DNA of 64,000 nt, from contig MTMI02000007.1 in the NCBI GenBank assembly GCA_002011165.2, forward strand, positions 159,970-223,969. Reading direction: 5' to 3'. The stretch is from Candidatus Mnemosynella biddleae. GTDB taxonomy: Archaea > Halobacteriota > Archaeoglobi > Mnemosynellales > Mnemosynellaceae. Under the pieces are notes generated by a model. It did not search any database and was not told the DNA's origin. It was given only the letters and a program-made list of their open reading frames with translations. A program made the translations under genes and the position numbers. Shown piece after piece: positions 1-10,005 of this stretch (the stretch's first letter is position 1; each line of letters starts with the position of its first letter).

Positions 1-356
1 CAATCTATGGAATGACTGGAGGACAGGTCTCTCCAACGACTCCAGAGATGGCAAAGACAACGACAACTCCCGAAGGATGCAAGGAGAGACCATTTGATCT
101 CTGTGAACTTGTTCTCGCAGCTGGAGGATCTTATGTGGCAAGATGGACAACCTATCACGTTCGACAACTTCAAAACTCAATAAAAGAAGCCCTCGAACAT
201 CCGGGATTTTCATTTATAGAAGTCTTTTCTCAGTGTCCAGTTCAGTTCGGAAGGAGGAATAAAAAAGATCACATTCAGATGCTCCGTGAATTTAAGGAGA
301 AGTCCTCTCTGGAGGGAGGGGGAGATAAAATAAAAATAGGAGTATTCAGGAGGTGA
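1..356 (+). CDS. korB: 2-oxoacid:ferredoxin oxidoreductase beta subunit (5'-truncated by window edge)
   Basis: YGMTGGQVSPTTP TPP-enzyme motif and GFSFIEVFSQCP; followed by gamma subunit and sucCD. Confidence 0.9.
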   Translation, partial: IYGMTGGQVSPTTPEMAKTTTTPEGCKERPFDLCELVLAAGGSYVARWTTYHVRQLQNSIKEALEHPGFSFIEVFSQCPVQFGRRNKKDHIQMLREFKEKSSLEGGGDKIKIGVFRR

Positions 357-362
357 AAGAAG

Positions 363-902
363 TTGAAATACGAGATTATTTTGAGCGGAAAAGGAGGTCA
401 GGGATTGATATTAGCTGGAATCATTCTCGCTGAGGCTGCAGCAATTTACGAGGGTCTTCATGTTGTTCAAACTCAATCTTACGGTCCTGAGGCCAGAGGA
501 GGAGCGAGCAAGTCTGAAGTGATTATAAGTGATGAGCCCATAGACTTTCCAAAAGTTACTTCAGCAGATATCGTTGTTGCTCTCTCTCAAGAAGCATGCG
601 ATATTTATGCAAAGATGGTTAAGAGAGGAGGAATTTTGATTCTAGATGAAGATGAAGTTCAGAAAGTTCCTGAGATTGAGGGGAGAATATACAGAATTCC
701 CTTTATCAGAATGGCAGTTGAGGAGATTGGAAAAGCAATAGTAACAAATATCGTGACTCTCGGCTCTCTCATCGGACTTACGGAGATCCTATCTCCAGAG
801 AGCGTAATAAAGGCTATAGAGAACAGAACTCCGAAGGGCACTGAAGAAATAAATAGGAAAGCCTTCGAACTTGGTTTTAAAGCTGCGAAGGGATTAGCAT
901 GA
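363..902 (+). CDS. korC: 2-oxoacid:ferredoxin oxidoreductase gamma subunit
   Basis: GKGGQG and QSYGPEARGG motifs; AGGAGGTG SD before TTG start. Confidence 0.92.
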   Translation: MKYEIILSGKGGQGLILAGIILAEAAAIYEGLHVVQTQSYGPEARGGASKSEVIISDEPIDFPKVTSADIVVALSQEACDIYAKMVKRGGILILDEDEVQKVPEIEGRIYRIPFIRMAVEEIGKAIVTNIVTLGSLIGLTEILSPESVIKAIENRTPKGTEEINRKAFELGFKAAKGLA

Positions 903-1969
903 GGCTCTATGAATATCAGGGTAAGGAACTCGTGAGAGCTCACGGAATACCTGTTCCGGAGGGTTATTTGGTAACATCCCCAGAAGAAGCAGAAAGAGTT
1001 GCGGAGCTGTTAGGGGAAGTAGCTCTTAAAGCTCAGGTTCTCAGTGGGGGAAGAGGAAAGGCTGGAGGAGTCCTCTTTGCATCATCTCCAAAAGAAGCGA
1101 GAAAAAGAGCTGAAGAACTTTTTTCAAAGAAAGTCCATGGTTATAGAGTTGAGAAGTTACTTGTGGAGAAGAAGCTGAGGATTGAAAAGGAGATATACAT
1201 CGGAATCATTGTTGACAGGAGTACGAGAAAACCGGCAATTATAGTTAGTCCGAAGGGAGGAGTTGATATAGAGTCTGTACCTCCAGAGTATTTGAAAGTG
1301 CGTCATCTCAGCCCAAATAGAGGACTGAGTGATGCAAGAGATCTAACTTCTTTCTTGGGAATGAGCGGAGAAGAATGGATCATCGAAAAGCTCTATGAGA
1401 TATTCACAAAATATGACATGCAACTTCTCGAAATCAATCCTCTCATCTATGACGGAAATTCTTACATCGCAGCCGATGTTCGAGCAATTGTTGATGATAA
1501 TGCTCTATTCCGCCAGAACTTTGAGATAAACTATGAAGAGATGAATGAGAGGGAGAGAATGGCAAGAGAAAGAGGAATAGCTTATGTGGAGCTTGACGGT
1601 GACATAGGGATAATTGGAAACGGTGCAGGTCTTGTTATGGCTACTATGGATCTTGTCTATCTGAGAGGAGGAAAACCTGCAGATTTCTGCGATCTTGGAG
1701 GAGGGGCAGATAGGGAAAGAGTTAAAGAGGCGATAAAGATTGTTCTTCAGCATCCGAGCCTCAAAAAACTTCTGATAAACATTCTTGGAGGAATAACGAG
1801 ATGTGATGAAGTCGCCCTTGGGATTTTAGAGGCGTCTCCAAACGTTCCAACTGTTATAAGGATGATGGGAACGAAGGAGGAGGAAGGAAGAGAAATTTTA
1901 GAAAAGGCTGGAATAAAAGTTGAGAAAACTCTTGAAGAGGCGGTGGAGAGTGTTGTGAAATGGTCTTGA
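899..1969 (+). CDS. sucC: succinyl-CoA synthetase (ADP-forming) beta subunit
   Basis: [50 protein letters not shown]. Confidence 0.93.
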   Translation: MRLYEYQGKELVRAHGIPVPEGYLVTSPEEAERVAELLGEVALKAQVLSGGRGKAGGVLFASSPKEARKRAEELFSKKVHGYRVEKLLVEKKLRIEKEIYIGIIVDRSTRKPAIIVSPKGGVDIESVPPEYLKVRHLSPNRGLSDARDLTSFLGMSGEEWIIEKLYEIFTKYDMQLLEINPLIYDGNSYIAADVRAIVDDNALFRQNFEINYEEMNERERMARERGIAYVELDGDIGIIGNGAGLVMATMDLVYLRGGKPADFCDLGGGADRERVKEAIKIVLQHPSLKKLLINILGGITRCDEVALGILEASPNVPTVIRMMGTKEEEGREILEKAGIKVEKTLEEAVESVVKWS

Positions 1970-2841
1970 TTGATGAGAATACAAAAGTTCTCGTTCAGGG
2001 GATTACAGGGAGACAGGGAAGATTTCACACGGGAGCGATGTTAAACTATGGAACAAAAATCGTCGCAGGTGTAACTCCGGGAAAAAAAGGTGAATCTGTT
2101 CGCGGAGTTCCTGTTTACAACTCTGTGGATGAGGCAATGAGGGAGAGAGAGGCAGACGCATCAATTATCTTCGTCCCTGCAAAACATGCTATGAATGCAG
2201 TCATGGAGGCAATAGAATTCTCCCTCAATCCTATTGTCGTGATAACAGAAGGAATTCCTGTTCATGATACAATGAAGTTCGTTGAAAAAGCAAGAGAAAA
2301 AGGAATTAACATCATAGGGCCGAATACTCCGGGGATCATATCTCCCGAAAGATGTAAAATCGGAATTATGCCCTCTCGCGTCTTCAAAAAAGGAAGTGTT
2401 GCCATTCTATCAAGGAGTGGAACTCTGACCTATGAGATTGCATATAATCTTAGCTCGAATGGTCTCGGTCAATCTCTCTGTGTGGGTATAGGAGGAGATC
2501 CCGTAATCGGAACCGATTTTGTGGATCTTCTGCCGTTGTTCGAAGAGGATGAAGAAACCAATGCTATAGTTCTTATCGGTGAAATTGGTGGAGATGCGGA
2601 GGAAAGAGCAAGCGACTTCATAAAGAAAATGAAAAAACCAGTTGTTGCTTATATTGCTGGGATTTCAGCTCCACCAGGGAAGAAAATGGGACATGCGGGA
2701 GCCATCATAGAGAGAGGAGGCGACGCTAAATCGAAGCAAAGAGCTCTTCAGGAAGCGGGAGTAAGAGTAGCCACAACACCATCGGAAATTTCAAATATCC
2801 TTAGAGGAATAGTGGGAACGGATGGTCGAAAACTGGAGTGA
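1960..2841 (+). CDS. sucD: succinyl-CoA synthetase alpha subunit
   Basis: [30 protein letters not shown] (phospho-His). Confidence 0.95.
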   Translation: MVLIDENTKVLVQGITGRQGRFHTGAMLNYGTKIVAGVTPGKKGESVRGVPVYNSVDEAMREREADASIIFVPAKHAMNAVMEAIEFSLNPIVVITEGIPVHDTMKFVEKAREKGINIIGPNTPGIISPERCKIGIMPSRVFKKGSVAILSRSGTLTYEIAYNLSSNGLGQSLCVGIGGDPVIGTDFVDLLPLFEEDEETNAIVLIGEIGGDAEERASDFIKKMKKPVVAYIAGISAPPGKKMGHAGAIIERGGDAKSKQRALQEAGVRVATTPSEISNILRGIVGTDGRKLE

Positions 2842-3511
2842 ATATATTCCATATAAGCACTCAATGCTTAGAATTTTGGAGAATCTCTCTTCAATTTATT
2901 CAAGAGGTGAAAATTTTGTAATAATAGGGGGTTTCTCCCTTCTTGTTAACTGTTATCTCAAATTTCCTTGTCTGTGGGACATAGATATACTCGTCCCCTC
3001 TGAGGATAAGTTGAGGAAAATCTTGAGTTCAATGGATTTTGAAGTGGAAATCATTCATGAGATGTCCGAAGATGATTTCACTGCAGTAGGCGCTCTAGTA
3101 AAGTCAGAAGATCGCTGGATAAACGTTGATGTACTCGTAAAAGACCTATTCCCTCTTTATAACAAAACGAAGATTATTTTCGAAGGCAGGATTGAAAGTT
3201 ATGAGCTGAGAATTCCTCTTGGACATCCCTACGCAGTACTTGTAGATAAAGTTCTTACTTCAAGATTTGCAGAGGGTCTTGAAAGGAGAGATCCACTGGT
3301 TTATGACGTTCGGCACGTAGGACTTATTCTTACAAAAGACGTTGAAAAAGAAGAACTCTGGAACTTTCTTAAGGAGAATCTTAAAGAAGAATTGCGGGAT
3401 GAGTTTTTAACTAGGCTCAGACAATTCGTTGATCTCTCAGGTTTGGGATATATAGAGGAGGAAATTAAAGAAAAATTGATAAAAAGATTGAGCGAAATTA
3501 ATTATTCGTGA
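2822..3511 (+). CDS. putative nucleotidyltransferase (pol-beta superfamily, AbiEii/DUF6036-like)
   Basis: IIGGFSL...WDIDILV (GG + DxD), third Asp in VDVL, C-terminal K...R...D..D pattern; overlaps both neighbours. Confidence 0.55.
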   Translation: MVENWSEYIPYKHSMLRILENLSSIYSRGENFVIIGGFSLLVNCYLKFPCLWDIDILVPSEDKLRKILSSMDFEVEIIHEMSEDDFTAVGALVKSEDRWINVDVLVKDLFPLYNKTKIIFEGRIESYELRIPLGHPYAVLVDKVLTSRFAEGLERRDPLVYDVRHVGLILTKDVEKEELWNFLKENLKEELRDEFLTRLRQFVDLSGLGYIEEEIKEKLIKRLSEINYS

Positions 3512-4755
3512 AGGCGTCTGACTCTCTCTCCTATCGTTGGATAGTATTTTCGATCCTCGCCTCTATCTACTTTCTTGTTTACTTCTTCAGAACTTCTCCC
3601 GCGGTAATAGCAAACGATCTAATGATTGAATTCTCTACAGGAGCAGCGATAATAGGTGTGATGTCTTCTGCATATTTTTATTCCTATGCTGTTGCTCAAC
3701 TTCCAGTTGGAGTTCTCGCAGATACTATAGGATCAAGAAAAACTGTTGGTCTTTTTGCCCTGATAACTCTCTTTGGAACTCTCATTTTCGCTTTTGCCTC
3801 AAATGTCATGGTCTTGAGCATAGGAAGGGCTCTAATAGGATTTGGAGGTGGAGGAATCTTTGTCCCAACTCAGAGAATTCTTACGAGATGGTTCAGAACG
3901 AATGAGTTTGCAAAGATGAATGGATTGTTAATCTCGATAGGTACTTTTGGAGCTCTCGTCTCCTCAGCTCCATTTGCCATCCTTGTCTCTTTAACTGGTT
4001 GGAGGAACTCTTTTTTGATCATTGCATTAATTCTCATCATTCTCATCCTTCTAAATTTCTCGCTGGTAAGAGATGAACCGTCTATTCCCATTCATCCAGA
4101 AGTCAGACACCAAAAGGAGCGGATTAGGGACTCTCTGAAGACCGTTCTTAGAAACAGAAACTTCCGCGTTCTTTTTCTTGCTTCCATGATGACGTATGGG
4201 GTGATGATGGGTTTTCAGGGTCTTTGTGGTGTGACTTATTTCATGGATGTTTATGGGGTTGAGAGAGAAATAGGTGCAACAATCCTCATGATGATAAGCA
4301 TAGGCGTCATAATTGGAGGTCCTCTAGGAGGGATCCTCTCAGAGAAGCTCGAGAAAAGAAAATCCGTTTATCAGTTTGGACTTACCGGAAGTTTTACCAT
4401 TTGGCTTCCTATCGCACTTTTTCTCGAAAAAATCCCTCTTATACTCTATTATCCTCTTTCCTTCTTTTTCGGTCTTTTCAGCGGGATTAACGTCATATTT
4501 CAAACTATTGGAAAGGAATCATTTCCCAAAGATAACATCGCTACTGGGCTCGCAACCCTAAACATGGCAGCGTTTATAGGTGCAGCATTTGTGCAGGGAG
4601 TTACAGGCTATCTTATCGAGCTCGGAGGAAAAGTTGACCACGGCTATTCGCCAGAAGGATATCAGATAACTTTTATTTTCTATCTAATTCTTCTCCTCTT
4701 TGCACTTCTTCTATCCTTTTTCGTCGTGGAGCCCCAAAAAATGGAGAAGGGCTAA
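3508..4755 (+). CDS. MFS transporter
   Basis: About 12 hydrophobic segments; motif A GVLADTIGSRK; RWFRTNE loop. Confidence 0.92.
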   Translation: MKASDSLSYRWIVFSILASIYFLVYFFRTSPAVIANDLMIEFSTGAAIIGVMSSAYFYSYAVAQLPVGVLADTIGSRKTVGLFALITLFGTLIFAFASNVMVLSIGRALIGFGGGGIFVPTQRILTRWFRTNEFAKMNGLLISIGTFGALVSSAPFAILVSLTGWRNSFLIIALILIILILLNFSLVRDEPSIPIHPEVRHQKERIRDSLKTVLRNRNFRVLFLASMMTYGVMMGFQGLCGVTYFMDVYGVEREIGATILMMISIGVIIGGPLGGILSEKLEKRKSVYQFGLTGSFTIWLPIALFLEKIPLILYYPLSFFFGLFSGINVIFQTIGKESFPKDNIATGLATLNMAAFIGAAFVQGVTGYLIELGGKVDHGYSPEGYQITFIFYLILLLFALLLSFFVVEPQKMEKG

Positions 4756-4890
4756 AAAGACGATTATCAGGAGAAGTGCAAGAATCAAATATGGTAAAAG
4801 CTTTATAAAAAGCCAGAGGAGAAGAAGGAATATAAGGAAAATGAATAGTATGGTTATCAGTGCAGGAATTCCAGATAGGATAACTTTCAT
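4711..4890 (-). CDS. small hydrophobic membrane protein, 59 aa (not in ORF track)
   Basis: Manual translation MKVILSGIPALITILFIFLIFLLLLWLFIKLLPYLILALLLIIVFLALLHFLGLHDEKG; GAGGTG SD upstream of ATG. Confidence 0.55.
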   Translation of the reverse strand: MKVILSGIPALITILFIFLIFLLLLWLFIKLLPYLILALLLIIVFLALLHFLGLHDEKG

Positions 4891-5058
4891 CCTTCCTCAC
4901 CTCTGAGAGGAAATAAAATTATTCTTCCTGAGATGAGAATGAGAGACTCTCTCAGTATTTGAAGCGAATTCTCGCTCATATTGCTAAATTTGATCTCATC
5001 GAATAAATAATTTCGTCTAACGAAAACGAAAATCTCATAAATCTTTGAATAAACAGCC

Positions 5059-5397
5059 GTGATTATGGATCCATTTCCTCTAACCTTCATTGTTCCTCCG
5101 TTCGTTGCAACTTATATCTTCTGGAGGATAAATCGAGTGAGAAAAATTATACTCATTCTTCTCTACATTTCGGCTCTCATTCTTTTGCTTTTAGCTTATT
5201 TTCTCCTATTTCTCATAAATTTCGGCGGAATACACACGAATGGAATAGTTATTGACATAATTCCGGAGTTTGTCAAAGAAATTCTCAGCATATCACTCAA
5301 ATTATTCTTGACGAGTCTCCTCATCATGTTTGCGAATACAGTAGCTCTTTCTTCACTCTATTCTCTTTTCGCATATCTTCTCAGAGTTACGGAGTGA
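5059..5397 (+). CDS. hypothetical membrane protein (about 3 TM)
   Basis: Strongly hydrophobic 112-aa ORF; true start may be ATG 5065. Confidence 0.55.
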   Translation: MIMDPFPLTFIVPPFVATYIFWRINRVRKIILILLYISALILLLLAYFLLFLINFGGIHTNGIVIDIIPEFVKEILSISLKLFLTSLLIMFANTVALSSLYSLFAYLLRVTE

Positions 5398-5447
5398 AAA
5401 AGCTTTTTAGTTTTCCGAATAATATGAAATGATGAGGTGGGTGGAAA

Positions 5448-6077
5448 GTGGTTAAAATTAGGTGGTTTGGTCACGCCTGTTTCAGAATTCAGGGAGATCT
5501 CAGTGTCGTGATAGACCCATTTCACCAAAGAGATGTTGGATATCCTACTCCAGAGACTGAAGCAGATGTTGTGCTTGTAACTCACGATCACTTCGATCAT
5601 AACAAAGTGGATGTGGTAAGAGGTGATTTCAAAATAGTGAACTCTCCAGGGGAGCATGAGATTGGAGGCGTGAAGTTCAGAGGGATTCCAAGTTATCACG
5701 ATGATGCGAGGGGGGCACTTAGAGGGAAGAATATCATTTATGTTTTCCAGTTGAACGGAATAACTTTCTGCCATCTTGGAGATCTCGGAGATGTTTTGAG
5801 CGATGAAGAAGTGAAGGAAATCGGAGATGTGGATGTTTTGATGATCCCGGTAGGAGGTCACTTTACGATTGGACCAAAAGAAGCTACAGAAGTTACGAGT
5901 CAGATGTCTCCAAAGATTACAATTCCGATGCACTATAAGACTCCAGTGATAGATTTTCCAATAAAGCCTGTGGATGAGTTTCTGAGAGGAAAGGAGAATA
6001 TAAGAAAGTTCGAAGAGAGCGAAGTTGAAGTTGTACTCCCAGAAAAATCAGAGATCTGGGTTCTCAATTATGGCTGA
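5448..6077 (+). CDS. MBL-fold metallo-hydrolase
   Basis: WFGHACF, THDHFDH (HxHxDH), HLGD, IPMHY. Confidence 0.9.
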   Translation: MVKIRWFGHACFRIQGDLSVVIDPFHQRDVGYPTPETEADVVLVTHDHFDHNKVDVVRGDFKIVNSPGEHEIGGVKFRGIPSYHDDARGALRGKNIIYVFQLNGITFCHLGDLGDVLSDEEVKEIGDVDVLMIPVGGHFTIGPKEATEVTSQMSPKITIPMHYKTPVIDFPIKPVDEFLRGKENIRKFEESEVEVVLPEKSEIWVLNYG

Positions 6078-6456
6078 AGAAGTTATTGCCATTGACATCT
6101 CCGGAAGACATGCGATGGAAGATGGGACATATTTCATGATATGTGCAGCGGTTGAAGCTAAAATAACTGGTTATTCGATTCTCTCTGTTGAAAATCTTGT
6201 GATAAAAAAGAAACGATACAAAAACGCTCCGTGTTTGGCGGAGATTCTCGATCTGGTGAAGGAGACTGTGAGAGGTATGAAGGCAAGAGTTCTAATTTCT
6301 GAAGCAGGAGAGTTCTTTAATGAACCTGAGTGGAGAATAGGAAGTGTCTTGGGAAAAGAAGTTAGATATCTCGAAAGCATCGGAGAAAGAAGATTGCAGA
6401 AGCTCGCTCATATGATAACAAATGAGACAAGATCTCTGCTACTAGAGGAACCATGA
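6070..6456 (+). CDS. conserved archaeal protein (DUF2209-like)
   Basis: IAIDISGRH N-terminus and ESIGER motif; start placed at ATG 6070. Confidence 0.65.
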   Translation: MAEEVIAIDISGRHAMEDGTYFMICAAVEAKITGYSILSVENLVIKKKRYKNAPCLAEILDLVKETVRGMKARVLISEAGEFFNEPEWRIGSVLGKEVRYLESIGERRLQKLAHMITNETRSLLLEEP

Positions 6457-7709
6457 GAGCGATTATTGTTGCGAGAAAAGATCCCAGAAAGGACATTTCA
6501 GAGGATCTTGAAGAAATGGTGGTTCTCGCAGAGTCTGCAGGATATGAGGTAGTGGGAACTCTCGTTCAGCAGAGAAGTATAGATAGAGTTTATCAGATCG
6601 GTAGAGGGAAGCTGAAAGAGCTTAAAGAGATGATAGAGAAGAGTGAGGCTGAAAAGGTGATTTTTTTAAACAAGCTGAGTGCAAGTCAGATCTTTAATCT
6701 AACTTCGGAGCTTAAGGTTGAGGTGATTGATAAGTTCAATCTAATTCTCGAAATATTCGCCAGAAATGCAAAAACTAGAAAAGCTCAGCTTCAGGTTGAG
6801 CTTGCGAAATTGAGTTATGAGCTCCCCAAAGCAAGAGTCATGGTCTCGCTTATGAAGCGTGGAGAGAGGCCTGGGTTTAAAAGCCTTGGAAGGTATTACG
6901 ACCTTTACGAGAGGGATATAAGAAGAAGAATTTACGAGATAAAAAGAGAACTCTCTGAAAAGGATAGGATATCAGAAGAGGTGAGAAAGAAGAGAAAGGA
7001 AATTGGAGGTTATCTCGTAACCCTTGCAGGATACACGAATGCGGGAAAGAGTACTTTAATGAGAAGACTAACGTCAAAAAGAGTCATTTCAGATGATAAG
7101 CTCTTTACAACTCTATCTCCTTCTACCGCAGAGCTCAGAATTAAGGGAAGAAGAGTTTTTCTTACCGATACGGTTGGTTTCATAAAGGATCTCCCTCCTT
7201 GGATGGTTGCTGCATTTAGATCCACGATGGACGAAATATTCTCCTCAGATCTGATTCTTCTTGTTGTTGATGCCTCTGAGGATACAAAGGCTATAAGGAG
7301 GAAGCTGAAAACATCTCACGAGATTTTATATGAGAATGGATATGCTGGAAGACTCATAACTGTAATGAACAAGATTGACAAGATAAATGAGGAAGAACTT
7401 GAGAGAAAGATTGAGGAGCTCGGAAATCTTCTCCACAACACTGTAGCTGTATCTGCAGTTTCTGGTGAGGGAATTGATGAGCTCTTGGAGAAAATCTACC
7501 AAGAACTTCCGAAATGGAGGCTCTATGAGCTAAAACTCCCTATGAGCAGAGATGGAATGAAATTGCTCCACAGACTTTACGAGGAGTCGCACATCCTTCA
7601 GGTGAGCTTCAACGAATGGATTTCGGTGAGGCTCGAAGCGGAAACTGGTTTAATTAATAAGATCGAAAATGAGAATGGAGTTGAGGTGTTAGAGTATGGA
7701 GCGGGGTAA
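6453..7709 (+). CDS. hflX: GTPase HflX
   Basis: LILEIFA, QVELA, GYTNAGKS, LFTTL, DTVGF, NKID. Confidence 0.95.
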   Translation: MRAIIVARKDPRKDISEDLEEMVVLAESAGYEVVGTLVQQRSIDRVYQIGRGKLKELKEMIEKSEAEKVIFLNKLSASQIFNLTSELKVEVIDKFNLILEIFARNAKTRKAQLQVELAKLSYELPKARVMVSLMKRGERPGFKSLGRYYDLYERDIRRRIYEIKRELSEKDRISEEVRKKRKEIGGYLVTLAGYTNAGKSTLMRRLTSKRVISDDKLFTTLSPSTAELRIKGRRVFLTDTVGFIKDLPPWMVAAFRSTMDEIFSSDLILLVVDASEDTKAIRRKLKTSHEILYENGYAGRLITVMNKIDKINEEELERKIEELGNLLHNTVAVSAVSGEGIDELLEKIYQELPKWRLYELKLPMSRDGMKLLHRLYEESHILQVSFNEWISVRLEAETGLINKIENENGVEVLEYGAG

Positions 7710-8121
7710 TATAACGAGAATAGGAGTTTCAATAAGTGATAGTCTTCTGAAAAGGTTTGATGAAATAATAGCTCAAAGAGGATACTCCTCAAGGTCTGAA
7801 GGAATTAGGGATGCCATCAGAAACTACATCGCAGATTATGAGTGGATGAGTGCTGAAGAAGGAGAGAGGATCGGAGTAATCACGATTCTTTATGACCATC
7901 ATCAGAGAGGTCTTTCCGAGACTTTGACGAGTATTCAACATGATTTCAATGACATCATAAGGGTCTCTGTGCATCTTCACTTGGATCATCACAACTGTTT
8001 AGAAGCGATTCTCGTGAAAGGTGATGCAAAAAGAGTTAAGACAATGGCGGAGAGAATGATGGCGCTTAGAGGAGTCAAGCAGGTGAAGCTAACTACTACG
8101 ATCTCTCTCGAAGACCTTTGA
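7696..8121 (+). CDS. nikR: nickel-responsive regulator NikR
   Basis: RIGVS ribbon, SRSEGIRDAIR helix, HLHLDHHNC Ni site. Confidence 0.95.
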   Translation: MERGNITRIGVSISDSLLKRFDEIIAQRGYSSRSEGIRDAIRNYIADYEWMSAEEGERIGVITILYDHHQRGLSETLTSIQHDFNDIIRVSVHLHLDHHNCLEAILVKGDAKRVKTMAERMMALRGVKQVKLTTTISLEDL

Positions 8122-9219
8122 TCTCTTCAGTTTTCTGTAAACTTGGAGAGGATGCTTCGCACTTCCGCAAACTTTAGATCTCAGACAGTCTCCGTAAACT
8201 TTCATAGTTTCACATGAGGGTGGAGTATATTTCGTTCCCGTAGCTCCATTTATGTGTCTAACTTGATATCTCGTTTTCTCTTCATCGAAGTCTGGAGAGT
8301 TTCTATAGATCGAAACTATTTCGTCTACATTCATTCCTATGGATAATAAGAATGATGTGAGGGCAAATCTGGATGCGTGAGGAAGATTCTTTCCTTCAAG
8401 AGCCATTCTGAAGAGATTTTCTATACAAGGAGGGAGTGCACTTTCTTCAAATTCTCCAACGTCTTCGAAAATTTTTTCTCTGAACTCCTCTATTTCATCT
8501 CTCATCTCATCAATTATGAAGTTTATGTGATTGCAAACGTCTTTCCCAACGTTTAAAGGAAGTTCAGACTCTATTTTCTCTCTTATAGCTTCTTGAAGCA
8601 ATCTAATGAGTTCAGATTTTGTAAGTGTGAGAAATCCTCTATTCAGATCTCTGTTTACCAGTCTCCAAGTGAAATCTTCTTGCGTGCCTCTTATCTTTGT
8701 TGCGTATTTCACAAAGCTTGTGAAGTGAAGTAAATATTTTCCATTTGTTCTTTCAATTTCAACTCCGAGTTCTTCTGCGACTTTCACCAGAATCTCTTCT
8801 CTCTCCTCTTCGAGTTTCTTTTTCGAATATTCTGCCTCTCTCAAGGCAAATCTTCTTATAAGGTAATTATCTCTTAGGCAAGATAGAATCAACTTTACGA
8901 GGGCAAAGGACAAAATCTCTGCATCTCTATAACTTAAAGCTCTTTTGCTTTTTTTATCCAGAAAATCTTCAGAATACTCTTCTACTCCATCGAACTCTCT
9001 ACCGAGAGCTTTTCTGAAAAATTCTGGATCAGGATATGATGGATCCTCAGGGTCAGTTATCTCTCCTCGAAGAGTGCCAATAATTCGCTCTTTAGCTCTT
9101 TTAATTATTAGTTCGTAAAATTCATTCTCTTCTATCAGCTTAACAAGCTCTATCGAGTCGTAGAAACGATATCTCCTTTTTGCATCCGAAGTGAAAGGGT
9201 ATCTGTGACCGTACCTCAT
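8089..9219 (-). CDS. priL: DNA primase large subunit
   Basis: RYPF N-terminus, LPPCI, HASRF, PDFDEEKTRYQV, YTPPSC...C...C Fe-S cysteines. Confidence 0.93.
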   Translation of the reverse strand: MRYGHRYPFTSDAKRRYRFYDSIELVKLIEENEFYELIIKRAKERIIGTLRGEITDPEDPSYPDPEFFRKALGREFDGVEEYSEDFLDKKSKRALSYRDAEILSFALVKLILSCLRDNYLIRRFALREAEYSKKKLEEEREEILVKVAEELGVEIERTNGKYLLHFTSFVKYATKIRGTQEDFTWRLVNRDLNRGFLTLTKSELIRLLQEAIREKIESELPLNVGKDVCNHINFIIDEMRDEIEEFREKIFEDVGEFEESALPPCIENLFRMALEGKNLPHASRFALTSFLLSIGMNVDEIVSIYRNSPDFDEEKTRYQVRHINGATGTKYTPPSCETMKVYGDCLRSKVCGSAKHPLQVYRKLKRSKVFERDRSS

Positions 9220-9220
9220 C

Positions 9221-9952
9221 TCATTCTGATTCTATTCTCGGAGCAAGTAGATAAGAGACCTCTCCATCTGCAGTGACAGGAAATGTTATTTTTACCGGAT
9301 AGTCTGTTCCAAGATAAATTCTCACTTCATCCGTCGTTCTGAAGGATTTACTCATGTCAGAGAGATAATCCAGAGAGAACATAGATCTAGCGTTTCCTCC
9401 TTTTAGTTCAAGAAGCTCATCTTTCGTTAGTTCTAATCTCATGCTATCTGTATCTCCTTCAGCTTCCATGTAAAATACTTCGTTCTCCACGCCGAGAACT
9501 ATGTGGTCGCTAATTTTGGATGCAGCTTTTATAGCTCTGTCTACTTCCATCCCATTTACCCAAACTTCTGCGCTGAACTCAAGATTGGGAACCCTCGGAT
9601 CTCTCCTCATGCTCGAAGGGTCTATGAGCGAAAGCGTATAGGACAGATTTCTTATTTTTATTCTCAGTTTTTCGTCATCCATTACAGAGAGGCTTACCTT
9701 ATCTCCTTTCTTCCCCAGTTCAAGAACATCCTCAAGTCTGTGAAGATCGACTCCTATTTCACTCTCATCTGCCTCGAAAAGTTCGAAAGCATCTCTTTTA
9801 AGTTCGAAAGAAACCATTGCAACGTTTGCAGAATCAACCGCACGCATGCTTATTCCTTCTGAAGAAGTTCTGATTTTAGCCTCATCCACAAGAATGGAGC
9901 TTGCTTTAACAAGCTTTTTAAGAACATCTGCATCTACTATACAGCTGAACAC
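9221..9952 (-). CDS. pcn: DNA sliding clamp PCNA
   Basis: MRAVDSANVAMV, SMFSLDYL, C-terminal YLLAPRIE. Confidence 0.97.
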   Translation of the reverse strand: MFSCIVDADVLKKLVKASSILVDEAKIRTSSEGISMRAVDSANVAMVSFELKRDAFELFEADESEIGVDLHRLEDVLELGKKGDKVSLSVMDDEKLRIKIRNLSYTLSLIDPSSMRRDPRVPNLEFSAEVWVNGMEVDRAIKAASKISDHIVLGVENEVFYMEAEGDTDSMRLELTKDELLELKGGNARSMFSLDYLSDMSKSFRTTDEVRIYLGTDYPVKITFPVTADGEVSYLLAPRIESE

Positions 9953-10005
9953 TTCGCTATTCCCCCGAAATTTTTAATAATTATTTTGTGTGAAGCTTTA
10001 TAACC

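Noticed and set aside
340..370. korB and korC are in frame across a single TGA (possible selenocysteine/readthrough fusion)
   Set aside because: The TGA is part of the AGGAGGTGA SD for korC, both subunits have normal ends, and no Cys-equivalent position or SECIS-like hairpin is evident
5358..5933. 191-aa minus-strand ORF
   Set aside because: Antisense shadow of the MBL hydrolase; no motifs
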